From Pseudogymnoascus verrucosus (lineage: Eukaryota), in the NCBI GenBank assembly GCA_001662655.1, contig KV460212.1: 64,000 nt of DNA. One strand, given 5' to 3'. A model generated the notes under the pieces. It made no database searches. It worked only from the letters and a program-made list of their open reading frames with translations, and was not told the DNA's origin. Positions within the stretch are counted from its first letter, which is position 1. Each line of letters opens with the position of its first letter. Made by a program: the position numbers and the translations under genes. Positions 1 to 10,508 of the stretch are shown piece after piece.

Positions 1-252
1 TGGCGCATTCTAAAGTCGCGTGTTCGCGCACGTAATGCGCGTAATAGGGACGAGCTACGGAGCTTCATTCTTGAGGAGTGGGATATTACACAGGAGGAAA
101 TCAATACATTGATTTTAGCAGTACCTGATCGTATGATTTCTTGTAGACTACGAGGACGATTCTCAACACCATATTAATTGTACATAGTTATTACATAGTT
201 ACAAGCGCAAGTCGCGTATTTCAAGTGTCCGGATAATTTTTCGAACCGCCTT
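1..252 (+). mobile_element. 3' end of a Tc1/mariner (DD34E-type) DNA transposon: transposase C-terminus (1-177) plus candidate right TIR (~226-252)
   Basis: Frame 1 reads WRILKSRVRARNARNRDELRSFILEEWDITQEEINTLILAVPDRMISCRLRGRFSTPY* (TAA 175-177), matching the Tc1 C-terminal pattern WxxLKxxV...EEW..I...L...PxR...C.....T.Y*. It is followed by tgtccggataatttttcgaaccgcct, which resembles a Tc1-type TIR. The element is truncated by the window edge. Confidence 0.75.
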
Positions 253-3200
253 CGATTGTTTCTCTTCAATATATGACTGCAATATATTATATTGCCAAGC
301 TTTATTAGCGTTATATGATTGTAATACAATATGGGAATTTCATTCCAATATATTGCCAAGACGCACTATTGGCAACACGGGTCAGTCTAAAGGCTAGCGT
401 AATGGACTTGGTTGTAATAACACAATTTTGCTATGCTCGTTCGAAACGAACAAGCTGAGTTCTATAGAATCGCCACAGTAACGTCCATCCTTAGGTGGCG
501 AGAAACCCACCGTTCTGAGAGATGTTCGCGCACTCTCAAAGCTATGTAAGCATAGTGTAGTTCAGCTTCGCGTCAGCCACAGCCTGATCACACATATGCG
601 AGATTTACGTGGGGTCGTTATATAGTCACCAAAAATCGTCAGTCGCTTCGACACGAGGTATTGATTTCCATAGCAACCATTCATGAATTTGCCCCGCACA
701 GCCGCCACATGGCTGATGACGGTCTCCCACACAGTAGTAAGGCCTTAGAGCTCAGTTATAATCGCATTATATGTTTTAGGAATAGTAAGAGCTAAAAGGT
801 TGAGCTGTAGTGGACAAAGTCAAAGTACCCATCATTTTTCTCGGCACGGTTGGTTTCTCGCTACGTATGGATGGACGTTATACTAGAAAATAGGCTAATC
901 AAATAAGGGTAGTAAAACCGTTCTACGGAGGTATTTTAAGTAGTTTAACGGTTTCTTAAAAAAATGAGGTGGTTTATTAAAAAAGGAAGGAAATGTTATA
1001 CTCTATCTTATGTACACAAAAATACTACTTACTACGATATAATATGAAATATATATTTATTCTATAAGATCAAATCCTAAGCTTAACTCCCATTTAACAT
1101 GAAGAGAATAGATATAGAGAAAGTAGTGGACATTAAATAAAAGGCTCATAAAGGAAGGTCCATGCGAAGCTGCAGGGGGAGCTGTAGGTGAACCTTATCA
1201 CCATGATATATTAAGTAAAGTGGTTAGAAGCATATTAATCCTCTAATCAATACTCCCAATCGCACAGATCATTCGCTATTTCCCATACCTCCTCGCGTTT
1301 TAACTCCATGGATCTGCTCAACAAGATCCTGGGAGTAACTTCCATAGCGAGAACAGCATTACCAGATCCCAAAGGTATGGGCACGAATTTCAAGCTGTCC
1401 GTTAGGAAATAATCCGGGAATGCAAACTACGGACTTCTCGGGCATACCACCTGTAATATCCGCAAGTTCGGCCATTGCCCGGCCGTGGAGGTGCTCTTCG
1501 GCTGTCGTCGTAGAGGGCCAGGAGTGGCTGGTTGTAGATGGGGGGTCAATCCAAAACCCAATTTCTCAAACACTGCGTAAAAGGGGGAAGAGCAGACCAA
1601 CATCAGCATTTGATCTTGATAACTATGGGTAACGAAGGATACTCGCGAGGAAAGTCCGTGTATTTCGCTCTACATATATTCCATCCGAGATGCGCTAAAC
1701 AAGTTTACAATCAGCACAGAGATACGTTCAAAGCAGTGAATTTCATGGTGGTCCTTAGCTGAGTATCCGAGGGTTATTTCCTACATCAACAAGAGTTAAA
1801 GGAGGCTCTCAAAACCCCACCGATTCCCACCACTATCCTCTCTCTCGTCGGCAATACTTCTTGTCACCACCCCAATTCTCCCCACCGATCCCCCTCCCCA
1901 CCGCCATCACTCCCACCAATCTTCCCTTCCCCACTACTCCTTTCTTCCATCTCATAATAACGTCCAGCCACCCCATTCCGCCCATCAAGAACACCACGCC
2001 ACCAATAAAATCAGACGTTGAGCTATTGCTTGATAAAGATAAAAACGCAGTCGATGCTGACACGGACCTTTTCGTTAAATGCCAGGAACATCCTCCTAGT
2101 CGGCGGCATACAGGAGTGAGGCGATGGGCAGTGGTGGTGTGGATGGTGGCGTGTTGGGAGGGGGGATGGATGTTAGTAACACATACATACACACGCCTCC
2201 ACAGTCCAGACCAGGACAAGACAGGAAAAGTGTATCTTTTTCGTCCTTGAGTTTTTATACCAGTCCCGTGGTTTACCCTTCCCCGTGCTCGGAACTGAAG
2301 AATATGAATTGAGCACACCTCACTCTCACTCGGCACCGACATAATCCCCCCCCCCCAACATGGAAAGCTGTTATTTTTCCATTTCAGCGCTCAGCCAAGT
2401 CTTGCATACGAAGAAGTTTGAGGCAGGTAACATGATATAAACCCACCAACTACCAACTCCTCCCAAAGTCTCACCACAACTGCACCATCACCTTCATCAC
2501 CAAACCTACCACCCACCACCAACAGCACCAAACCAACCCCACACCCCCCCACCAGACAAGTATAACATCCATCCGGGTTGTTATGGCCCAAAGACCCTTC
2601 CCTCCTTTCCCCTCTCTTCCCCAATATCAATATCAATCAACATCCCCCCCTTCCAAACCATCAACCAACGAAAACAGACCCAAACTATCCCAACCCTTCT
2701 CACCTCCTCCCGTCTGCGGGTAGTGGCGATATTGTGCATATGATAGCGTGTTTGCCGGGGCGGAGATGGTGCGGTTGGTGGCCCGGGGGGGGGGTGTTCC
2801 CGTCGTCAGCAACTCTTCTCGTCGTTGGCAGCCCCCTTTCTCGTCACCAGCTCCTTTCCCATCACCATCACCATCCCGTCACTTCTCCACCCCCGTCACC
2901 ACCGCCATCATCCAGTCCTCACACTACCCCCCTCCCACCCATCTCCACGCCCGGAACAATCCCCCCTCCCACCACGATTCTCCTTTTGCTCGGGAGTAGC
3001 TGCGCGGGACCCGAACAGACTGTCGCTGGAATCAATTTCGGATTGGGCGGTACCCGCACGCACCCAGATTATGGGTATCCTTCTTTGTATATTATATTCG
3101 TCATATCGACCGACCGTGCCCCTTTTAAAGAAGTCGGGGGGAGGGGGGGGGTTATATAATCCCCCCACCCACCTCCTTACCCCCCTCTCCCCTTAGGATT

Positions 3201-3740
3201 ACGCACATTTCAAAGGGACACCGGATGACTAACTACTAGCACCCCATCCCCTACTACTACTACCATACCACGCAATCTCCACCCATCCATATCACCGTAT
3301 AATACCCCCCTTTCCCCCCCCNNNNNNNNNNNNNNNNNNNNNNNNNNNNNNNNNNNNNNNNNNNNNNNNNNNNNNNNNNNNNNNNNNNNNNNNNNNNNNN
3401 NNNNNNNNNNNNNNNNNNNNNNNNNNNNNNNNNNNNNNNNNNNNNNNNNNNNNNNNNNNNNNNNNNNNNNNNNNNNNNNNNNNNNNNNNNNNNNNNNNNN
3501 NCCTACCTACCGCTACCGCCTTTATGTTTCATTTCGCAGCAAAGCAAAGCAAGCTACCAAGATATTTGCTAAAGTTATGAGTTATCTGGTGTGTGGGTGG
3601 GTGGGGAAATACGTATTCTTTCCATCCCATCCATCTTTCCTTCTCTCTTTCTTTCTTATTATTCTCTCTCATTGTTATTATTCCTTACTGCTGCTGCTGC
3701 TGCTGTCATGGCGCGTTTCTCGCTGTCTACGCTGGTACCC

Positions 3741-3820
3741 CTAACCCGTTTTTCTCGTCAATACCACATTTTTGCCGTCATCACCCTTGCGTTCTCGCCA
3801 TTACCTTTGCGTTCTCGTCA
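3741..3820. repeat. Degenerate 20-bp minisatellite, 4 units
   Basis: Units ctaacccgtttttctcgtca / ataccacatttttgccgtca / tcacccttgcgttctcgcca / ttacctttgcgttctcgtca end exactly at 3760, 3780, 3800 and 3820. Confidence 0.6.
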
Positions 3821-4351
3821 CCACCCCACCACCACCATTAACCACCCCCTCGCCGGATTTCCAACCACAACTACAACCACGCTCCCCACCCAACCAAACA
3901 TAGCGACGCGAACGACGAAATGAACGAACGAGCATAGCCAGTTTCGCATATGTGGTGTTGAGTCGTATGTCCGGTCCGTCACGGAACGGACGGGGCTATA
4001 CATGTGGGAGTATGTATAGTATAGATGATAGAGACAAGGGGGGGGGGGGGGGGGGGNNNNNNNNNNNNNNGGGGAGGTGTAGTTGTAGGTGTAGGTGTAG
4101 GTTGTTGGTATATATATTGGTTGTATATTTGACTTTGAGACTATTCTCATGTGGTGTGTATGTAGGATATAGAGATTATCATTTACCTTTCCATCGCTCC
4201 CTTTCCCCTTTCAACTACCCCCGTCATAAATCCCCTTCGTTATTCATCGCAACCCCCCCAAAAAAAGACAGACTTGGTATCACCCCCTCCCCCACTAACA
4301 AAATATTATCTCCCCCCCCCCCAATCTCCTCACTAACAAAAAAAAACGCCA

Positions 4352-6254
4352 CTACACCATCTCAACACTAACCCCCACCCTCGTCCTAACTTTCACCTCT
4401 CCCTCCTCTACCCTCTCAGTGGCTTCACTCCCCACACTCCCCAACCTCTCGAACCTCCCCTGCTGTCCCGCCTCTCCACCCTGCAGCCCACCCTGACCCT
4501 GCGACCCGAGAGAGCGTGGGGACCATACATGCGTCCTGCTACCCTGCTGTTGTTGCTGGTGTACGAGGTCGTGGGTNNNNNNNNNNNNNNNNNNNNNNNN
4601 NNNNNNNNNNNNNNNNNNNNNNNNNNNNNNNNNNNNNNNNNNNNNNNNNNNNNNNNNNNNNNNNNNNNNNNNNNNNNNNNNNNNNNNNNNNNAGGTGCGG
4701 TGGAAGGTGAGATAACTGAGCCACGCGGTGAGGAGCTGTGTGAGGTGGCGGTGGTTTGGAAAGTAAATGAGGGGGCGCTGTTGATATCTTCCATCATTGC
4801 GACGGCGGAGGGTTTGCGGGAGGAGGAGGTGGTAGTGTGTGTTGTTGTTGATGTCCTGTGTTTTGTTTGTTAATTTGTGCGTTTGTGCCACGATGATGGG
4901 GATGATAGGGTGATATGGAGTGGGGAAAGGGGGAAGGGGGAAAGGGGGAGGGGGGAAAAAAGGAGAGGGGAAAAGGGGGGACATACATCTCCGTAGCAGC
5001 CTGACTTCCTCCTCTACTCCCACTATTACCACTGCTGAACCTAGCAAGATACCTCTTCCCCGCCGCCACAAGACTAAGTTTATCCAACCACCCCCCCCTC
5101 CCCCCATCAACACTCCGTCTCCTCTCCCTCAACAACCTCGGGAAACAACCCCCCAACCCCACCCCCACCGCAACCCTTGCATAAATCCTCCTCGCCTCCT
5201 CCCCCACGCCAAAGAAGACAAACACGAACCCCGCCATCGCAACCGGGACATAGCGATCAAACGTAAAAACGCCCTTCGCAGGGACGTAAGGGATCACAGC
5301 CCAGACGGCGGGGTCGTGGACGGCGGACCAGGAGTAGGGCTCGAGGGGTTGGGAGAGGTTGATGTAGAAGAAGTAGATGTTGAGGGGGAGGTAGAGGAGG
5401 AGGAGGAGGAGGGAGAGGAGGAGGAGGCGGAGGAAGCGGGAGGCTGTTAGGGAGTGGGTGGTGAGGATTGTGGAGATGGTGGAGCGGTGGCGGTGGAGGC
5501 GGGTTAGGACGAGGGCTGTGGGGGGGGGGTTAGTGGAAGGTTCGTGGAAGTTGGTGGTGGTGGTGGTGGTAGGAGAGAAAAAGGGGGAGAGAGGGGATGA
5601 GGGTGATAATGGGGGGTGGGGGAGGGCTGGGGGGGTGAGGTATTAAAAGGGGGACTAACCAGCATAATAAACATTAACCAACGTAAAAACAAGCGGCCAA
5701 ATCCAAATAATCAAAATACTCGGCCAACTCCCCGAATAACTATCCGTACACCCCCCAATCGCCACAATCAAATACCGTCGATTATGCACCACATGATGCA
5801 ACCCCACAATCAACAGCGGCACCGCAAAACAGATCCCCAAATCCACCCACACCCTCCTCCTCTTCCTCGCCCTCGACGGGTTCAACTCCGCATTCTCGAC
5901 ATCGAGCACCCGAGCCAGGGAACGCGTGATCGCCATCGTCGAAGCAGCGACCCCGACGGTGATGGGCCACATGATCTTGACTTCGATGTCGCACAGGATG
6001 GCGCCGTCCCACCAGGTGGAGAAGTTGTTGTCGGGCCAGAGGAGGGCGTTGATGAAGACCATGAGGTTGAAGAGGGTGAGGTAGAAGATTAGGGCGCAGG
6101 CGCCGGTGTTGCGGGCGCGCAGGTGGAAGATGAAGGGGACAATGAGGATGAGGATGCTGAGGAGGGAAAGGATGGGGAGGAGGTAGGCGTGAGCTGTTGT
6201 GGGTTCGTGGGGGGGAGCGGGGAGGGGTGTGGTTGGGGAGGCTGGAGAGGCCAT
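4352..6254 (-). CDS. STE3: STE3-type (a-factor) pheromone receptor, 7-TM GPCR; 3 exons: 6254-5660, 5515-4987, 4855-~4352 (last exon spans an N gap, so the end is uncertain)
   Basis: Motifs HLRARNTGACALIFYLTLFNLMVFINALLWP, WWDGAILCDIEVKI, RYLIVAIGGC, SRFLRL, PYSWSAVH and FVFFGVGEEA are characteristic of STE3/PRE1. Donors GTTAGT (5659) and GTATGT (4986) have branch points and CAG acceptors. Confidence 0.93.
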
Positions 6255-7238
6255 TGTGAGAATGAGGTGAGGAGGAGGTTTGTTGTTGGATTCTTCTTTC
6301 GTCAATGGAGGGGCGAGCAAGGCCCTTTTTACATTCACAGCTCGGGGGCCATAGAATCTCGACGAGTGTCTGATGTATGTCCGTCTGTCTAACGATGTTG
6401 GATCAAGGAGCGCGGGCGATGGCGCAGTGCCGGGCGTGGGCGTTTATGGACGGCCATGGCTGAGAGACGAAGACAGGAAAATGTGATAGATAGCTAAGGG
6501 AGATATGATGGGGAGCATTGCAACATGCAACATGTATGTCTTGTCTTGGCTCGTTTGCGTGGAAGGTCTGGTTTGGTCTGTGTGGCGAGAGGGTCTGTCT
6601 GAGGCGGGTGTGTATATTTAGAGTCGTGTGTGTGTCGATCATGGCCCTCGATCGATCGGGGAGATGGGGCCGGGTGTGCGTGCGGGAGGGGGAGGGTGTG
6701 TGAGTGGGTGCGTTGGTTGGGTGCGTGGGTGAGCTGTAGGGGGGGAGGAGGAGGAGCAGGTGGGTTGGTGGCAGGTGTCATTGGGTGTCGGTAGTTAGAC
6801 GGGGAAGGGATGAATCAGATATGGGATTGAAAAACAAAGTTGAGGTGAGGGACGGTGTGAGGAGGGCTGAGGATGGTTAGCATGGGTATGAGTAAGGGTA
6901 AGGATGGTTAGAGGGTTAGGGGCAAAGGCGAGGGGAGTGCGTTGGAGACTTGGTTGTTTGGTAAGAAGGTGGAGGCGGGCCCTAGTCTCTCTCTCCCTCG
7001 GGCAAATAACCCGACTAGGGAGAGTAGAGTAGAGTACAGTAGCAATGGGGAGATACATGGCGCACATTGCCGTAACTAACGGACTTGTGTCTGTCTACTT
7101 ACCGGAGCTAGCTGGAAGGGATTGGGAAGGATGAATAGATGAAGGGGTTGGGTTGGTGGAGAGGAGGGAGGGAGGACGTGCTTTTCGCGCCACCGGGGAC
7201 AAGATGCGGTTGCGGTTGGGATTGAGGTGCAAAGCTGA

Positions 7239-8070
7239 TAGCTGCAGGGAAATTTATAGCGGCAGTGTCTAGCTGCAGGGCAGAGTGTGGCGGCAATGTC
7301 TAGCTGCAGGTTCATATGGACGGGAAGGGGAAGGGACTGGAGTCGAGGACATGGGAGGAGGGATGGGAGGGGGAGGGGGGAGGATGGAAGGGAAGTATTG
7401 GGGTGAGACGGTGTGATTGAGGGAGTGAGTGGTTGGGTGGATGGTGGTGGAGGGTGGAGGGTGGAGGGTGAGTGTGTTTGTTGGGTATGTGGTATGTGTG
7501 GTATGTGTGTATGCAATGTGTGTATGCAATGTGTGTATGCATGAGAGGATGTGGGAGGTGGGAGAGGGGAACAACAGATAGATGCAAGCAGTGTGATTGG
7601 GAGTGAGTGGGGGTGGTGGTGATTGGGAGTGATTGTAAGTGATTGGGAGTGATCGAGAGTAATTGGAAGTGACTGGAAGTGATCGAGTAAGAGTTATGAT
7701 GATCGAGAGTGATCGAGGGTTGTTTGGGGGCGATGCAAGATGCTGTAGGGTAGTGTAGGGTAGCATTGGATGAGATGAGATGACATGAGGCGACATGATA
7801 CCAGCTGCTACTACTGTCGTGTGAGATGAGATGAGATGGATCTATCCGGTGGTGTTGTGTTGTGTTGTGTTGTGTGAGATGAGATCGGATGGGATAACCA
7901 GATGTCGACATGGTGCAATGCCGATATAGTAATCCGAGACGAGTAGACGGGAAGGACGATATTGAGATGAGTGAGTGAGCGAGTGAGCGTGAGTAGAAAT
8001 AAGTTGTATGATGAAGCCGTGTATGAGTTGAAGCCGTGTATGAGTTGAAGCCGTGTATGAGTTGAAGCCG
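7239..8070. repeat. Cluster of micro/minisatellites upstream of STE3
   Basis: 31-bp unit starting TAGCTGCAGG at 7239, 7270 and 7301; ~10-bp gtgatYgRga units at ~7590-7720; (gatga)n and (tgtgt)n tracts; 17-bp tgtatgagttgaagccg x3 at 8020-8070 plus a partial copy at 8005. Confidence 0.8.
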
Positions 8071-8300
8071 CGTCTCTGATATCTGGCTGCCGGCCATCAT
8101 CCCTCATTCTCACATCCCACCCACCGACGGAGATGACAGTGTGTGCATTCAGTGATTGACCACATACCCCCCCCAATCCAGACCCGAATAGAAAGAGGAA
8201 GAAATCCTCCGACTGGCCAATACATAACAGAACAGAACAGACAGTCAAAAAAAGACACACGTTAAAAAAATAAATCCCCCCTTCTTCTCGCCCGCATATC

Positions 8301-8308
8301 CTATTGAG
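8301..8308. promoter_or_regulatory. Candidate MAT1-1-1 (alpha-box) binding site CTATTGAG upstream of STE3
   Basis: Exact CTATTGAG about 2.05 kb upstream of the STE3 ATG; variant ATATTGAG at 7959-7966. An 8-mer can occur by chance (another copy lies inside the CTR9 CDS). Confidence 0.4.
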
Positions 8309-9672
8309 ACCCGTTTTGGGACTAGCGCCGGATCGGATGTGAGAAGGGATGGGATGGGAAGGTTTGAGTGGGGGCGAGTAAAAGGGAAGAAAGAGAGACG
8401 CAGAGAGATGAAAGAGAGACAGGTGGTTTTTTTGAGATTGTAGGGGATCGAGATCGGGCGGTTGTAGAGATGGTTGTGTTTGTTGGTTAAGGTGAGGTTG
8501 TTGGTGGTGGTTGTGGTTGTGAGTGAGATGGGTGATCTTTTGTTAACTGACCCACGAACGAGAACACAAAAACAAACTATGAATGAGTGCTGCAATTGCA
8601 CATCCTCACTCTCTTTCAATCCCTTCACAAACTATACAATACACAGCTTCATCTCTGTGTTGCTGTCTATACTCACCACCACCAAACAAAACACCGTCGT
8701 CGTCCCTTCCCTCACCAATAGACCCCTACACCCATCTCATTGGTCCACTCATCACCACCACCACCCACTTTACACCACAGCCTTAACCGCCTTTTGATGG
8801 TCCAAGCTCCCTCCCCTCTCCTCCCACAGTACCATTATCCCCACCACCTCCATATTATAATCCCCACGATCCATCTCATCGACAAGACGGCTGGGTCCGT
8901 AGGTAGTGAGATACAGACACACACTCTAGTTAGGTTGGGTCAGTGCGGTGGAGCGAGACGGCGGCGGCGGGTGGGTAAATGGGTAAATGAAGTTTGATAG
9001 CTTAAATTGATGGGGGTAGGTTGGTGGAGGGAGGGGTTGGGGATGTAGAGGGATGAGAGGGACGATAGATACGAGAGGGGAGAGAAGGGGGAGGAGTGGG
9101 AGATATAGAACACGTGCCTGCCTGTACCTGCGTGTGTTCTCAGAGACGGGTGAGAGGGAGAAGGGGGGAGTAACAGAGGGAGATGAAAGAGAGAAAGAAA
9201 GAGAGAGGCACGTGCCTTTACCTTTGTATGTATACGGGATTCCAGATCGACTTATGGCGATGGTGATGGTGAAAGCCACGATGATGATGGTGGTGGGGAG
9301 TTGAAAGGTCCTCAGCCAAGAGGCCATCCCCACTCCGCCAAGATTAATATACAGAGAATAAGTCAGCAATGGAGCTACCATTCCGCCGTCCACCGCCCTT
9401 CCTTACCCCTCCCCTCCTCTCCCCCATTGCAACGACGAAGAAAATATTACACCGTGCTGATTCCCATCATACCATGATTATCGGGGACATGGAAGGCGGG
9501 GGTGGGCTGTGCTGAGATAGTCGCGTGGTGCGCGGGGTCAATAGTAGATGTATAAATTAACAGATGCCCCAGAGGATGGTCTACGGTAGATCAAATTACT
9601 GTTTATTTGCACCAAACTCCTATCTTCCAATTACCTCCAATTTTGTTGGAAGGATAAACTCAAGCTGTCGAG

Positions 9673-10295
9673 ATGAAATTCACCGCCCTCACAACCCTCC
9701 TCCTCCTCCCCCTCCTCACACTCGCCTCCCCCGCCCCCGTCGCACCCTCTGAAGCAGATTCCCCCATCCCCGCACCCCTCCTCGACATCTCCGCCTTCTC
9801 CCCGCGCGACTCCACCACCAACCTCGTCGACCGCGCATCCGGCGCAGACTGCAAAATCATCAACGTCTCCTCCTACGTAAACTGTCGTTCCGGACCGGGT
9901 ACACAATATCCCGTTGTCTACAAGCTGCCGACAGGTGAGAAGATCCATTTCGATTGTTATAAACGCGGGGAATGTATTAATGGGAATTGGTGAGTTGACC
10001 TAAACCCTGTGGTTGTGATAGTGAAGGGGTGGGGAAGAGAGAGATGGGGGAGGGGAGAGAGAGAGATGTGTGGTGGCTAATGCGCTGTGTGTGCCGCAGT
10101 ACCTGGGATCGCTTCGTGAGCGGGACGAAGAGTTGTTTTGCGAGTGGGTATTATACTGATAGCGCTTGTACTATTGGTGAGTTCTCCTGAAATCAAAGGA
10201 AAAATCTGGGGGGTGAGGGGGGTGGTGATGGTGATAGGGAGATTGTGTGGCTAATGAGGTTCTGTGGTGTAGCTGCCCTCGGGCCGTGTCCTTAG
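9673..10295 (+). CDS. Small secreted cysteine-rich protein with a single bacterial-type SH3 (SH3b-like) domain; exons 9673-9989, 10100-10176, 10273-10295
   Basis: Signal peptide MKFTALTTLLLLPLLTLA, then a pro-region ending VDR, then CKIINVSSYVNCRSGPGTQYPVVYKLPTGEKIHFDCYKRGECINGNCTWDRFVSGTKSCFASGYYTDSACTIAALGPCP*. Two GTGAGT...CTAAT...YAG introns. Confidence 0.85.
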
Positions 10296-10508
10296 GTGCG
10301 TTAGGGCGGTATAGAGTGGGTTTAATGGGGTTGTTGGTGTAGATATGAGGTGTTTGTATGGTTTGTATGGTTTGTATATATATTACCATTCTCCATCAAT
10401 AAAGCAGGTGTAGAATTCATACACAGAGAGAAAGAGAAAAATACATTATTAAATAACTTTAATTCCTACACAAACTGGGTATATCCACTACCACCATTAT
10501 ATATAACA

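Noticed and set aside
1648..1665. GAGGAAAGTCC resembling the bacterial RNase P CR-I motif
   Set aside because: No matching CR-V motif downstream and the context is eukaryotic; treated as chance.
1250..1790. Possible spliced gene relic on the minus strand (GTATGC donor, CTAAC..CAG acceptor, a HHEIHC hexapeptide)
   Set aside because: In-frame stops, no consistent multi-exon model, no second HxxHC motif and no recognisable family.
2011..2095. Possible C/D box snoRNA on the minus strand (ends in CTGA)
   Set aside because: The C box is a poor match (AGGATGT) and I could not identify an rRNA-complementary guide.
3739..3760. CCCTAACCC (1.5 telomere repeats) followed by GTTTTTCTCG, suggesting a telomerase RNA template/pseudoknot; also AGGGTTAGGG at ~6912
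   Set aside because: There is too little room before the neighbouring STE3 gene for a ~2-kb Pezizomycotina telomerase RNA. No P6.1-like element was found, and such 9-10-mers are expected in C-rich low-complexity DNA.
8005..8070. 17-bp direct repeats as a CRISPR-like array
   Set aside because: The repeats are contiguous with no spacers and there are no cas genes; it is an ordinary minisatellite.
6400..9600. Many ORF-track ORFs rich in Pro/His/Thr; searched for a CAAX-type pheromone precursor near STE3
   Set aside because: These are translations of microsatellite and low-complexity DNA. No short ORF ending in a CAAX motif was seen.
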